Shown here: positions 45,884 through 56,580 of the stretch, in pieces
Position numbering within the stretch: position 1 is the stretch's first letter
Layout: every line of letters begins with the position of its first letter
Assembly: GCA_041480425.1 (NCBI GenBank)
Contig: JBGOZX010000004.1
Span: 1,076 to 65,075 of the forward strand
Source of the DNA: Bacteroidia bacterium
Lineage (GTDB): Bacteria; Bacteroidota; Bacteroidia; Bacteroidales; VadinHA17
Reading direction: 5' to 3'
DNA: 64,000 nt
Notes under the pieces: generated by a model
Told to the model about the DNA's origin: nothing
The model's input: the letters and a program-made list of their open reading frames with translations, nothing else
Databases searched by the model: none
Position numbers and translations under genes: made by a program

Positions 45884-48187
45884 ATGATCGAAAATCTTGT
45901 TATTGTTGAGTCGCCTGCAAAGGCAAAAACCATTGAGAAGTTCCTGGGAAAAGATTTCCGTGTTGTATCCAGTTTCGGACATATAAGAGATCTTTCAAAA
46001 AAGAATCTCGGAATTGATATTGAAAATAATTTTGCTCCCGATTACGAGGTCCCTAAAGAAAAGTCAAAGGTTGTAGGTGAACTGCGTAAAGCCGCAGCTG
46101 AATCTAAAAATATCTGGATTGCCTCTGATGAGGACCGGGAAGGAGAAGCAATTGCCTGGCATCTTGCAAGTGTTTTGAACCTCGATCTTTCAACAACCAA
46201 AAGAATCGTCTTCCACGAGATTACAAAAGAGGCCATTTCAAATGCGATACTAAATCCCCGCCGCATTGATATGAACCTTGTAAATTCCCAGCAGGCCCGT
46301 CGAATTCTTGACAGGCTGGTCGGCTTCGAAATTTCTCCTGTTCTATGGAAAAAAGTCCAGCCTTCCTTATCAGCTGGAAGGGTTCAGTCCGTAGCTGTAA
46401 GGCTCATTGTTGAAAGAGAAAGGGAGATCATTGCGTTCAAAACAGAATCATCATTCCGGATTAATGCAGTTTTTAGTATTGATCCATCAAACGGAGAAAA
46501 TTCTACAATCAGGGCAGAAGCCATAAAAAGGTTCCCCGGGGAAAAAGAAGCAATGAAGTTCCTGGATTTATGTAACAGTTCTGAATATAGAGTTGCCGGG
46601 GTTACCGTTAAACCGGGAACCAGATACCCGGCCCCGCCGTTTACTACCTCCACGCTCCAGCAGGAAGCTTACCGCAAACTTGGCTTCTCGGTTGCACAGA
46701 CGATGGTAGTCGCACAAAAGCTTTACGAAGCAGGTAAGATAACATACATGAGAACCGACTCAACAAGTCTTTCTAAACTCGCTCTGGCAAAGTCGCGCGA
46801 AATGATTACATCGGAGTTTGGTGAAAAATATTCAAAAACGCGGCAGTTCAAAACAAAATCGAAGGGAGCCCAGGAGGCACATGAAGCAATAAGGCCGGCT
46901 TATCCTGATGTTGCAACCATAACAGGTAACCAGAATGAGAAAAAGCTATATGAGCTTATCTGGAAAAGGACAATTGCCTCTCAGATGTCCGAGGCGGAAG
47001 TTGAGAGAACAACCATTTCAATTGAAATGAATAATTCACCTGTCATATTCTCGGCAACCGGAGAAGTTATCAAATTTGACGGCTTCCTTAAAGTTTATAC
47101 TGAATCGACAGATTCTGAGAATGGTGATGAAGAAAGATATGTTATCCCTCCTGTAAAAAAAGGTACGTTGCTATATTATGATACCGTATCAGCAACTCAG
47201 AAATATACATTACCTCCACCACGTTATACTGAAGCCAGCCTTGTAAAGAAACTCGAGGAACTAGGTATAGGAAGGCCCTCAACCTATGCTCCAACCATCT
47301 CAACAATTCAGAACAGAGGATATGTGTTGCGTGAAGACAGATCAGGTGAAAAACGCCAGATTATAGTACTTACTCTTTCAAAAGGAAAAGTTACCACAGT
47401 TTCCAAAACTGAGGTGGTAGGAAAAGAAAAGTCTAAACTTTTTCCCCAGGATATCGGGATGATTGTTAATGATTTTCTGATTGAAAATTTTTCGGTAATA
47501 GTTGATTATCACTTCACTGCCGAAGTAGAGGAACAGTTCGATGAAATTGCTGTCGGTAAACTTAAATGGACGGGGATGCTTGATAAATTCTACTCTCCCT
47601 TTCATAAAACAGTTGAAGAGACTCTTGAGAAAAAAGACAGAAAGTCAGGCATCAGGATCCTCGGAAATCATCCTGAAACCGGAGAACCCGTATCCGTAAG
47701 GATGGGAAGGTTTGGACCGGTAGCTCAGATTGGAGAATCAGGTAACGGAGAGAAACCCAGATTTGCCAGTCTTACAAAAAACCTTCTTCTTGAAACAATC
47801 ACTCTCGAAGAAGCATTGAACCTGTTTCGTCTACCCCGTTCACTCGGTGAACATGAAGGAGGGGAAATGATAGTCGGGATAGGCAAATTTGGTCCTTACA
47901 TCAGATATAAGAGCAAATTCTATTCTTTGAAAAAGGGAGTTGATGATCCCTACGCTGTTACCATCGAGAGAGCCCTTGAGATTATCAAAGAAAAAAACGA
48001 AACCGATAAAAAGAAAATCCTTAAGGATTTCGGGGACATTATGGTACTGAACGGAAGATATGGACCATATCTGACCAGTGATAAACAAAACTACAGACTT
48101 CCGAAGGGAACAGAAGCAGAGAAGCTTACAAAAGAAGATTGCATTAAGATAATTGCCGACAACGAGAAAACTAAAAAAAATTCTTAA
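45884..48187 (+). CDS. topA: DNA topoisomerase I (type IA)
   Basis: TOPRIM domain (LVIVESPAKAKTIEKFLG, SDEDREGEAIAWH) and active-site Tyr region KITYMRTDS. C-terminal repeats (GRFGPV, GKFGPYI, GRYGPYL) are present. Confidence 0.95.
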   Translation: MIENLVIVESPAKAKTIEKFLGKDFRVVSSFGHIRDLSKKNLGIDIENNFAPDYEVPKEKSKVVGELRKAAAESKNIWIASDEDREGEAIAWHLASVLNLDLSTTKRIVFHEITKEAISNAILNPRRIDMNLVNSQQARRILDRLVGFEISPVLWKKVQPSLSAGRVQSVAVRLIVEREREIIAFKTESSFRINAVFSIDPSNGENSTIRAEAIKRFPGEKEAMKFLDLCNSSEYRVAGVTVKPGTRYPAPPFTTSTLQQEAYRKLGFSVAQTMVVAQKLYEAGKITYMRTDSTSLSKLALAKSREMITSEFGEKYSKTRQFKTKSKGAQEAHEAIRPAYPDVATITGNQNEKKLYELIWKRTIASQMSEAEVERTTISIEMNNSPVIFSATGEVIKFDGFLKVYTESTDSENGDEERYVIPPVKKGTLLYYDTVSATQKYTLPPPRYTEASLVKKLEELGIGRPSTYAPTISTIQNRGYVLREDRSGEKRQIIVLTLSKGKVTTVSKTEVVGKEKSKLFPQDIGMIVNDFLIENFSVIVDYHFTAEVEEQFDEIAVGKLKWTGMLDKFYSPFHKTVEETLEKKDRKSGIRILGNHPETGEPVSVRMGRFGPVAQIGESGNGEKPRFASLTKNLLLETITLEEALNLFRLPRSLGEHEGGEMIVGIGKFGPYIRYKSKFYSLKKGVDDPYAVTIERALEIIKEKNETDKKKILKDFGDIMVLNGRYGPYLTSDKQNYRLPKGTEAEKLTKEDCIKIIADNEKTKKNS

Positions 48188-48195
48188 TATACATC

Positions 48196-49365
48196 ATGTC
48201 AGACCTAAACGATTATTTCAATCCTGTAAGCATCGAAAGACCTGATTTTGAGCGACTGGCCGGTCAGGCAGGCTTCCCGCATAACATTTCTGTTCATACT
48301 GATAATCATCCCATTAAAGATATAAGCGGATACAAGATAGCAATTTTTGGAGTACCAGAAGGTCGGAATTCTCCGAACCAGGGTTCATGTAAAGGACCTG
48401 ATGCAATAAGGAGCCAGCTTTACAACCTGGCAAAGATCCAGGGAAAGTCAAAGATAATTGATCTGGGAAATATGAAACAGGGTGTAACCTTTAATGATAC
48501 CCTTGCAGGTCTGACTGATATCCTTTGCATTCTTTCAAATGAAAATGTATTTCCTGTAATAATAGGCGGAAGCAGCGCGCTTGTTATTGCTGTTGACCGA
48601 TCGCTATCCCTGTCAAAAACCAGATACACTCTTATTGCTGTTGACCCAAGAATTGATTTCAGTAATGACCGGAAAGAACCTGATTCGTTTAACTACCTTA
48701 ACAATATTATCCAAAATCATAAAAGTACTTTCGATCATTATATTAATATAGGATATCAGACCTATCTGAATGATCAGCAGGTGATGAATCGTTTTCTGAG
48801 GCGTCACTCTGAACTGATCAGAATAGGCGATGTAAGGCAGGCAATCTATCTTACTGAACCGCTTTTCAGAGACTCGGATGTTGCTGTATTTGACATTTCT
48901 GCAGTAAGGCAATCAGATGCTCCGGGAACTTTAACTCCTTCTCCAAATGGTTTTTATGGCGAGGAGATTTGTCTACTTGCAAGATATGCCGGGATTTCCG
49001 ACAAACTAAAGGTTTTCGGATTATTTGATGTTAATCCTGAATTTGATATACGGTTCCAGACAGCAGGTCTTGCCGCTCAGGTCCTGTGGTTTTTCCTGGA
49101 AGGATTTTCACAAAAACAATATGAAACACCAGTATTAAGTAACAGTAATTCAGGCCGGTTTATTAAATATCATGTAAGGGTCACCGATCTCGCGGATGAT
49201 CTGATATTTGTCAAGAGCAATCTGACTGAAAGATGGTGGATTGAACTTCCTGATGAAAAAGACGAGAAACATTATTTTGCCTGTTCACATGATGACTATC
49301 TTAAAGCTAACAGGAATGAAGTTCCTGACCGGTGGGTACAAGCTGCCAATAGATTAAAATCCTGA
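48196..49365 (+). CDS. arginase/formimidoylglutamase-fold protein with degenerate metal-binding motifs
   Basis: 389 aa with HutG/arginase-like architecture (IFGVPEGRNSPNQGSCKGPDAIRSQL ... IIDLGN). The ligand motifs read GGSSA (aa 124-128, usual GGDHS), DPRID (aa 150-154, usual DAHxD) and FDISAVRQSDAPG (aa 232-244, usual DxDxxDP). Confidence 0.65.
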   Translation: MSDLNDYFNPVSIERPDFERLAGQAGFPHNISVHTDNHPIKDISGYKIAIFGVPEGRNSPNQGSCKGPDAIRSQLYNLAKIQGKSKIIDLGNMKQGVTFNDTLAGLTDILCILSNENVFPVIIGGSSALVIAVDRSLSLSKTRYTLIAVDPRIDFSNDRKEPDSFNYLNNIIQNHKSTFDHYINIGYQTYLNDQQVMNRFLRRHSELIRIGDVRQAIYLTEPLFRDSDVAVFDISAVRQSDAPGTLTPSPNGFYGEEICLLARYAGISDKLKVFGLFDVNPEFDIRFQTAGLAAQVLWFFLEGFSQKQYETPVLSNSNSGRFIKYHVRVTDLADDLIFVKSNLTERWWIELPDEKDEKHYFACSHDDYLKANRNEVPDRWVQAANRLKS

Positions 49366-49470
49366 TTCTTATAACTTTTTTCATTTTTTTACGTTTAAAT
49401 TATGGCAAATATCATTTTACTATGACCTTATCGTAAAAAGAGATGTTGGATAATTTTAAATAAATGCGCC

Positions 49471-49478
49471 TAAATTTG
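49471..49478 (+). promoter_or_regulatory. Bacteroidota -7 promoter box (TAnnTTTG), candidate promoter of the T9SS core operon
   Basis: TAAATTTG lies 65 nt upstream of the GTG start of porP/sprF at 49544. Confidence 0.4.
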
Positions 49479-49543
49479 TTTGCTTATAAGATTTTTATTT
49501 ATTTTACAAGTTCAATAAATGGGCGTTGTACTACTATTAAGAA

Positions 49544-50488
49544 GTGAAAAAACTAAATATTACATTTCTTTTTTTATTTTTAATATTTCATCCGGTCTTA
49601 TCACAGCAGGACCCCCAGTCAAGTCATTATATGTTCAACACCCTCACCTACAATCCGGGTATTGCAGGCACTTCAGGTATGATCTGTGCCACTGCGATAA
49701 ACAGGCAGCAATGGATCGGGTTTAAAGGAGCTCCAACGACAACAGTTTTCAATATCAGTGCACCGGTGACGCTTTTCAGTATAAAGAGCGGTGTGGGTTT
49801 AGTCGTCGAAAGTGATAATATCGGTTTTGATAAAGACATAAACTTGTCTGCTGTATATTCATATCTTGCCGAGCTTGGACAGGGAAAGCTGGGGATAGGA
49901 TTAAGTGCCGGGATGCTTAATAAAACTCTTTCTCCAACATGGGAGATCCCATCTGGTGATGCTCATACCCCTCCCTCAGGCGATCCGTTGATCCCTGAAA
50001 ATAAGGAGAGCGTTGTTGCTTTTGATGCAGGGCTGGGTATTTATTACAAAACTGATAATTACTATGCCGCTCTTTCCATAACACATATTAACCAGCCTAA
50101 AATTAAATTCGCAAAAGGGCTACCATACATTAGCAGGCATTATTACCTGACAGCAGGTTATACCCTCCAGTTACCAAATCCTTCGCTCGAATTATTACCT
50201 TCGGTTTTTGCTGTCAGCGACGGTAAGGTGATGCAATTTTCAGTGACTTCATTAATAAGATACAATAAAAAAGTATGGGGCGGCGTTTCTTACAGACCCG
50301 GAGATGCCCTGATCGGTATTGTTGGAATAGAATTGTTTAATGGAATCCGGGTTGGATATTCTTATGATTTCCCGATGTCAGATATCAGGAAAAACACAAG
50401 TGGGTCGCATGAATTTATGGTAAATTATTGCTTCGATCTTAGTCTGGGCAAGAGCGTGATGAAATATAAAAGTATCCGATTTTTATGA
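49544..50488 (+). CDS. porP: PorP/SprF family type IX secretion system membrane protein
   Basis: 314 aa with a signal peptide followed by SQQDPQSSHYMFNTLTYNPGIAG, the hallmark N-terminus, and a beta-barrel-like body. It sits directly upstream of gldK. GTG start (no in-frame ATG). Confidence 0.8.
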   Translation: MKKLNITFLFLFLIFHPVLSQQDPQSSHYMFNTLTYNPGIAGTSGMICATAINRQQWIGFKGAPTTTVFNISAPVTLFSIKSGVGLVVESDNIGFDKDINLSAVYSYLAELGQGKLGIGLSAGMLNKTLSPTWEIPSGDAHTPPSGDPLIPENKESVVAFDAGLGIYYKTDNYYAALSITHINQPKIKFAKGLPYISRHYYLTAGYTLQLPNPSLELLPSVFAVSDGKVMQFSVTSLIRYNKKVWGGVSYRPGDALIGIVGIELFNGIRVGYSYDFPMSDIRKNTSGSHEFMVNYCFDLSLGKSVMKYKSIRFL

Positions 50489-50535
50489 TTTGATAAAAAA
50501 AATAACTTACTTGCAATATAAAATCCTATAGTATT

Positions 50536-51882
50536 ATGAAAAAGGTAATCCTATCAGCTCTAATAAGTATAATCTTGCTAAGTGGTTGTGGCTCTTCAAA
50601 TAACGGAGAGCTGACAGGCGTTTCGGGAAGGAAAAAATTCTTTGAACCGGAACCTTTTGAAATGGCATTTATTCCTGCCGGAAACTTCATGATGGGACCG
50701 AGCGATCAGGATGCTGTCTGGGCAATGAACAGTATCTCCAAGTCAGTTACTGTTGAAGCTTTCTGGATGGATCAGACTGAAATCACCAATAACAAATACC
50801 GTCAGTTTGTATATTATGTACGCGATTCTATCCTCCGGACAAAACTGGGTGACGCTGGTGTTCCTGACCGTGAGTATTTTATGACTGATAAAGATGGAAA
50901 CGTAATCGAACCTAAGGTTATCAACTGGGAAGAAAGAATTAATCCGGAAGAGGAAACAACAGCAGCTATCATGGAAGAGATGTATTATCCGCCGGAAGAA
51001 AGGTTCAATGGCAAAAAACAGACCGATGTCCGGAAACTCAACTATTCCTATTTCTGGGTTGATTATCAGCAGGCTTCAAAATCAAGATATGTTCAGGATT
51101 ATACAAACAATACGGGCAAATATGAAGGACAGGTAACAAATCTTGATGGCAGCCGGACCGATGTTGTCAACCGTTCTTCCTTCATCAAACACAATGTCAT
51201 AAACATATATCCTGATACTCTTTGCTGGATAAGAGACTTTACCTATTCATTCAATGACCCGCAGGCTGACCTTTATTTCTGGCATCCCTCTTTTGATGAC
51301 TATCCTGTTGTCGGTGTTTCGTGGATTCAGGCTAATGCCTTCAGCAGATGGAGAACCGATTATATGAACAGCGCTCTCAGAAAGAACGGAATGGCCGATG
51401 TGCAGGCATACAGGTTACCGCTTGAAACGGAATGGGAATATGCCGCAAGAGGAGGACTCGACCTTTCTATGTACCCATGGGGCGGACCCTATACGCGTAA
51501 CTACCAGGGATGCTTCCTGGCCAACTTCAAACCATTACGCGGTAACTATATCGATGACGGAACAGTATATACTGCAAAAGTAGGTTCATATGAACCCAAT
51601 GAATACGGACTTTTTGATATGTCAGGCAACGTTGCTGAGTGGACACTCTGTGCATATCACCCTTCAGCTTACATCTTTCAGCATGACCTTAATCCAAACT
51701 ATGAATATAATGCAACTCCCCAGGATCCCCCGGTAATGAAACGCAAAGTTATCAGAGGCGGCTCCTGGAAAGATATCGCATATTTCCTTCAGACAAGCTC
51801 CAGGGACTATGAATACCAGGATTCCACAAAATCATACATTGGATTCCGGAATGTCAGATCTTATATCGGTGTAAATCAATAA
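50536..51882 (+). CDS. gldK: T9SS/gliding lipoprotein GldK/PorK (FGE-sulfatase/SUMF1-like domain)
   Basis: Lipobox LLSGCGS, then FEMAFIPAGNFMMGPSD, YRLPLETEWEYAARGG, and RGGSWKD. Confidence 0.9.
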   Translation: MKKVILSALISIILLSGCGSSNNGELTGVSGRKKFFEPEPFEMAFIPAGNFMMGPSDQDAVWAMNSISKSVTVEAFWMDQTEITNNKYRQFVYYVRDSILRTKLGDAGVPDREYFMTDKDGNVIEPKVINWEERINPEEETTAAIMEEMYYPPEERFNGKKQTDVRKLNYSYFWVDYQQASKSRYVQDYTNNTGKYEGQVTNLDGSRTDVVNRSSFIKHNVINIYPDTLCWIRDFTYSFNDPQADLYFWHPSFDDYPVVGVSWIQANAFSRWRTDYMNSALRKNGMADVQAYRLPLETEWEYAARGGLDLSMYPWGGPYTRNYQGCFLANFKPLRGNYIDDGTVYTAKVGSYEPNEYGLFDMSGNVAEWTLCAYHPSAYIFQHDLNPNYEYNATPQDPPVMKRKVIRGGSWKDIAYFLQTSSRDYEYQDSTKSYIGFRNVRSYIGVNQ

Positions 51883-51911
51883 TTGAAATAACTTTAAAAA
51901 CAATCAGTTAT

Positions 51912-52784
51912 ATGAGCCTAGCAGAATTAGTACAAAGCAGTGGATGGAAGAGTTTTATGGCCAAACTTTATGGGATAGGTGCTTCTATCGTTATTATTGG
52001 TGCGTTATTTAAGATACAGCACTGGTCATATGCAGGATTAATGCTTAGTGTGGGTCTGATCACAGAATCAATAATCTTTTTCTTCTCGGCTTTTGAGCCT
52101 TTGCACGAAGAAGTCGACTGGACTCTGGTTTATCCCGAGCTTGCCGGAATTCCTGAAGATGAAACCGGAATGTTAAAATCCCACGATGGAAGATTTCAGG
52201 GAGGTATTTCAGGCGGAGGTGGAGCAGGATCTGTAGCTCTTTCAAAATTTGATGAGATGCTCGAAAAAGCAGATATCACACCTGATCTTTTTCAGAAGCT
52301 TGGTGTTGGTATGAAAAAACTAAGCGAAACAACATCCAACATCAATGTAATGGGAGATGTTTCTGCTGCTTCTGCAAAGTATATGAACACAATCCATTCC
52401 GCCAATGAATCACTAGGGAAATTGTCCGATACATATCAGGCTTCAGCTAAAGTAATAAATGAGTCAAATTCTACTTACCGTAATATGGCTGAACAATTTT
52501 CGGTAATTGAAACAGGTGGTAAATCATATCAGCAGCAATTGGAATCACTTAACAAGAATCTTTCGGCTCTTAATGCAGTTTATGAACTTCAGCGTAAAGG
52601 AGCAGATGAACATGTGAAAGAATCAGATGCACTATACAAAGGAGTTCAAAGCTTAATGAAAGATCTTTCTGAATCAGCAGGTGATGCCAAAAAATATCGC
52701 GAACAGATTACCAAACTCAACGATAACCTGTCAGCATTAAATAATGTTTATGGGAATATGCTTGCTGCTATGAATGTTAAATAA
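51912..52784 (+). CDS. gldL: T9SS/gliding motor protein GldL/PorL
   Basis: Two N-terminal TM helices with AKLYGIGASIVIIGALFKIQHW and GLITESIIFFFSAFEP, followed by a coiled-coil-like cytoplasmic tail. Confidence 0.85.
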   Translation: MSLAELVQSSGWKSFMAKLYGIGASIVIIGALFKIQHWSYAGLMLSVGLITESIIFFFSAFEPLHEEVDWTLVYPELAGIPEDETGMLKSHDGRFQGGISGGGGAGSVALSKFDEMLEKADITPDLFQKLGVGMKKLSETTSNINVMGDVSAASAKYMNTIHSANESLGKLSDTYQASAKVINESNSTYRNMAEQFSVIETGGKSYQQQLESLNKNLSALNAVYELQRKGADEHVKESDALYKGVQSLMKDLSESAGDAKKYREQITKLNDNLSALNNVYGNMLAAMNVK

Positions 52785-52821
52785 CGTGACATTTTATTTA
52801 CCAAACTAAAATACCTGAAAA

Positions 52822-54417
52822 ATGGCTCACGAAAGGCTATCTCCACGGCAAAAGATGATCGGTATGATGTACCTGATACTTACCGCCATGCTTGCACTTA
52901 ACGTGTCAAAAGAAGCCGTAGAAGCATTTAAAAAAGTTGATAAAAGTCTTACTCAGACAATTACAAACTATGTTTTAAAAAATAATCTCATTTATGCAGA
53001 GTTTGACAGAGCAGCTGCAGAGAATCCAACAAAAGCAGGGAAATATAAAACATCCGCTTATGAAGTAAAATTACGTGCTGATGAGATTTTCAATTACATA
53101 CAGGATCTTAAGATTGAAATAATAACGACTGCAGAAGGTCCGGAAACACCTGCAGTTAAGGGCAGGGAAGTATTCATTGAAGAAGTCAAAAAAATTGATG
53201 AAAATAACATTCCTTCTGCAATACTTATCGGTGCTAGCGAAAACGGAAAGGCAAACGCTCTTAAAGCTCTTGTAAATGATTACCGGGAGTTTCTTATATC
53301 TACCCTCGACGGCAAAAATCCGACAGCTGAAGAAGCCCTCCGAAAGAGTCTCAATACAGATGATGGCAAAGATGCAAGTGGACAACCAGCCCCCTGGGAG
53401 AATCTGACTTTTCAGACTTTGCCTCTGGTAGCCGTTATCACTATCCTTTCCAAGATGCAGCTTGATGTCAGAAACGGTGAAACAGAATTACTCAATTACC
53501 TTTATTCTCAGATAGACGCTGCTGCGTTCAAACTTAACAAGCTGGTGCCAATCGTTATCCCCAACTCAAATTATGTGACTCTTGGAAGTGATTATGAAGC
53601 AAGGGTCTTTATTTCAGCTGCTGATACAACTCAATTGCCGGAAGTTACTGTAAATGGCAACATCCTTCCAAATGATGAATCAGGAAGAGGTATTTACAGG
53701 GTACGTGCTTCCTCAACAGGACCTAAGAAATGGGGAGGTATTATTTCCCTGAAAGCACCCGGCGGGACAACAAAAACTTATAATTTCGATGCTTCTTACA
53801 CCGTAGGTGAACCAAATGTAGTTGTTTCGGCTACAGCAATGAATGTAATGTATAAGGGAATTCCCAATCCTATCGATGTTTCTGTTCCGGGGGTCAGCCC
53901 TGATAAAATTAAGATCAGGGTTGTCAACGGTTCTTTTACAACCGAGAAAGTTAGAAACTCAAAAGGAGTTCTCTTTAGAGGCAACTGGGCTATTAAACCA
54001 AATGCTGTCGGTCAAAATGTTCAGATAATTGTTTCTGCAGATGCAAGTGGTAAACCAACAACATATCCTCCCGTTGAGTTCAGGGTTAAACCAATTCCAC
54101 CTCCGGTAGCTGTTTTTGCCGGGAAAAGTACCGGATCCGTACCTAAAAATACTGCTGCTGCCCAAACGGGTGTATATGCCACTCAACCTGATTTCGATTT
54201 TGACCTCGTTTATAAAGTAACAGGATTCACTGTACTTTATACCGATAACAGGGGCGACTTTGAAGAAATAAGTACTGGCAGTTCACTTACTACTAAACAA
54301 AAAGACCTTATCAACAGACTTGCCAGAGGCAAGAATCTGTTCATTAAAGATATTAAAGCATTGGGGCCTGATGGCAGGACATTGGACCTGAACCCGATAA
54401 TATTAAAGATAGATTAG
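52822..54417 (+). CDS. gldM: T9SS/gliding protein GldM/PorM
   Basis: The N-terminus reads [31 protein letters not shown]. It has a single TM helix and a long periplasmic helical plus Ig-like region. Confidence 0.85.
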   Translation: MAHERLSPRQKMIGMMYLILTAMLALNVSKEAVEAFKKVDKSLTQTITNYVLKNNLIYAEFDRAAAENPTKAGKYKTSAYEVKLRADEIFNYIQDLKIEIITTAEGPETPAVKGREVFIEEVKKIDENNIPSAILIGASENGKANALKALVNDYREFLISTLDGKNPTAEEALRKSLNTDDGKDASGQPAPWENLTFQTLPLVAVITILSKMQLDVRNGETELLNYLYSQIDAAAFKLNKLVPIVIPNSNYVTLGSDYEARVFISAADTTQLPEVTVNGNILPNDESGRGIYRVRASSTGPKKWGGIISLKAPGGTTKTYNFDASYTVGEPNVVVSATAMNVMYKGIPNPIDVSVPGVSPDKIKIRVVNGSFTTEKVRNSKGVLFRGNWAIKPNAVGQNVQIIVSADASGKPTTYPPVEFRVKPIPPPVAVFAGKSTGSVPKNTAAAQTGVYATQPDFDFDLVYKVTGFTVLYTDNRGDFEEISTGSSLTTKQKDLINRLARGKNLFIKDIKALGPDGRTLDLNPIILKID

Positions 54418-54436
54418 TTTTAAAAACTGTACGACA

Positions 54437-55261
54437 ATGAATAAGAAAATCTTTTTTGGAATTATCGTCTTTGCAATTGCTGGCATAGCAAATGCCCAAT
54501 CGTTTGGCGATATTTACCAGAAATCAATTCCGGATAATAAGAAGATAAACTATCCATATCTCAGAGAAGCTGATGTGATCTGGTCGAAAAGGGTCTGGCG
54601 CCTTATTGATCTGAGGGAAAAGATTAATCAACCTTTGTATTATCCTCTCAAGACTATGCAGGATGGCAGAAAGAGTTTCATCAGGATTTTACTTGAGGAG
54701 ATTCAGGCAGGAAGACTTACAGCTTTTTCTCCCCTGGATTCCAATATCCCGACAACGTACGGGGAAATTGAGACTAATATGGGAGCTACAACTAAGCTTC
54801 AGTCAATACAGATAAATGCAGAAGGAGCTACCAGGGACACTACAATAACTGAACAGGCCAAACCCGAAGAGGTAAAACAGCTGCTGGTTTATGAAGAGTG
54901 GTATTTCGACAAGAAGTTATCAAAACTCGATGTCAGGATCATTGGTATAGAACCATACTGGATGGGATTTGATCAGCAGATGGGCAGAGCACTCAGAAAA
55001 CCATTGTTCTGGATCAGGTATGATGATATCCGTGATATTCTTGCGAAAAATGAAGCATTTGTCGCTAATAATGATGCACAAAGAATGTCGTTCGATGATC
55101 TTTTCATGCAGAGAAGATTCGGAAGCGTTATTTTCGGTGAATCAAACGTCTACGACGACCGTCAGATCAATGACTATACAGTTGGAAAATATACCCTTTT
55201 TGAAGCTGAACGCATCAAAACTGAACTTTTCAATTTTGAACATGATCTTTGGGAATACTAA
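54437..55261 (+). CDS. gldN: T9SS/gliding protein GldN/PorN
   Basis: Signal peptide, then [30 protein letters not shown], which is characteristic of GldN. Confidence 0.85.
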   Translation: MNKKIFFGIIVFAIAGIANAQSFGDIYQKSIPDNKKINYPYLREADVIWSKRVWRLIDLREKINQPLYYPLKTMQDGRKSFIRILLEEIQAGRLTAFSPLDSNIPTTYGEIETNMGATTKLQSIQINAEGATRDTTITEQAKPEEVKQLLVYEEWYFDKKLSKLDVRIIGIEPYWMGFDQQMGRALRKPLFWIRYDDIRDILAKNEAFVANNDAQRMSFDDLFMQRRFGSVIFGESNVYDDRQINDYTVGKYTLFEAERIKTELFNFEHDLWEY

Positions 55262-55273
55262 TAGAAAATGTCT

Positions 55274-55311
55274 AAAAAAAGAGGTTGTTTTTCGACAACC
55301 TCTTTTTTTTG
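55274..55311. terminator. bidirectional rho-independent terminator (gldN on +, manC-like on -)
   Basis: 9-bp stem AGAGGTTGT (55280-55288) / ACAACCTCT (55295-55303). It is flanked by an A-run upstream and a T-run downstream. Confidence 0.8.
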
Positions 55312-55369
55312 TCTTAATGTCTTTATGTCATATTGTCCACTAAAATACAAACCTTACGAGCAAAGATTT

Positions 55370-56455
55370 TTACATATACTTTTCCTTTGAATCTTTTTTA
55401 ACATCTTCAAGATAATTCTTGATATTCTGCTCTTCCTCTTTCTTGACGATCAGAAGAACATCATCTGATTCCACAACAATGTAATCTTTAAGTCCCTGAA
55501 CGACTGCAATCTTACCCGGAGAAATATTAAAAATATTCCCTTTGCTGTCGTACGAGAAGATTTCACCTCTGACCATAGCATTTCCTCTTTTATCAACTTC
55601 AGAATGCTCATACAGGGAACTCCACGTTCCAAGGTCCGACCATCCTATGTCAGTGCACATAACATACACATTGTCTGCTTTTTCCATAATTCCATAATCT
55701 ATAGAAATACTCCGGCATACTGTGTACGTTTTCCCGATGAATTTATTCTCCTGCCTGGTTCCAAAAATATTCCTCCCCTCATCAAATGCAGAATACATAT
55801 CAGGCAGATGCTTTTCAAATGCCGCCATAATTGATTTAATATTCCAGATAAAGATGCCGGAGTTCCAGTAAAAATCTCCGCTTTCAAGAAATACTTTTGC
55901 CAGCTCAAGGTCAGGCTTTTCAGTGAATGTCTTGACTTTCAAAAGGTTATTATACCCTTTAACAGGTTTTTTCTGATCAGCCTGAATATATCCGTAACCA
56001 GTTTCCGGCCTATCTGGTTTAATACCAAGGGTAATCAGTGCATCATTCTTTTCAGCAAAATCAAAGCTCTTCTGCAATACCTCACAAAATTTATCCTCTT
56101 TTATAATAAGATGATCAGCCGGAGTAACTGCTATTACGGCATCCGGATTTTCCTTCAGTATCCTGAATGTCCCATATGCCAGACAAGGCGCAGTATTGCG
56201 CCGGAAAGGTTCAGCAAGGACATTATCCGGATTTATATCCAATTGCTCTATTACAATATTTTTATGTTCCGCACTTGTGACGACAAAAACATTCTCCTTC
56301 TTACATGTTGACAGAAACCGCCGGTAGGTTTGCTGTAAAAGAGTTTCCCCTTTACCAAGTATATCAAGGAATTGTTTTGGTTTTTCACGACGGCTTAATG
56401 GCCAGAAACGACTTCCTACTCCACCCGCCATGATAATAACATACCTGCTGTCCAT
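55370..56455 (-). CDS. mannose-1-phosphate guanylyltransferase (nucleotidyltransferase domain only)
   Basis: 361 aa with VIIMAGGVGSRFWPLSR, NTAPC and GYGYI. There is no C-terminal cupin/isomerase domain. Confidence 0.8.
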   Translation of the reverse strand: MDSRYVIIMAGGVGSRFWPLSRREKPKQFLDILGKGETLLQQTYRRFLSTCKKENVFVVTSAEHKNIVIEQLDINPDNVLAEPFRRNTAPCLAYGTFRILKENPDAVIAVTPADHLIIKEDKFCEVLQKSFDFAEKNDALITLGIKPDRPETGYGYIQADQKKPVKGYNNLLKVKTFTEKPDLELAKVFLESGDFYWNSGIFIWNIKSIMAAFEKHLPDMYSAFDEGRNIFGTRQENKFIGKTYTVCRSISIDYGIMEKADNVYVMCTDIGWSDLGTWSSLYEHSEVDKRGNAMVRGEIFSYDSKGNIFNISPGKIAVVQGLKDYIVVESDDVLLIVKKEEEQNIKNYLEDVKKDSKEKYM

Positions 56456-56486
56456 AAGAGAAATATTTATAACGATTAATTTATTG

Positions 56487-56494
56487 CAAATATA
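56487..56494 (-). promoter_or_regulatory. Bacteroidota -7 promoter box (TAnnTTTG)
   Basis: The minus strand reads TATATTTG, 31 nt upstream of ATG 56455. Confidence 0.4.
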
Positions 56495-56580
56495 TAATTA
56501 TTTTGTCCATTCCTGTTTAAAACCAGTGTGAGGGAAATACCGTAAATATTTGTATTTTTAACATCTGTTAAAATTTTCAC

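Noticed and set aside
49519-49725. 68-aa ORF starting at an ATG 25 nt upstream of the porP GTG
   Set aside because: It is in a different frame from the PorP/SprF homology and encodes no recognisable signal peptide. The GTG-initiated frame gives a clean signal peptide plus the family N-terminal motif.
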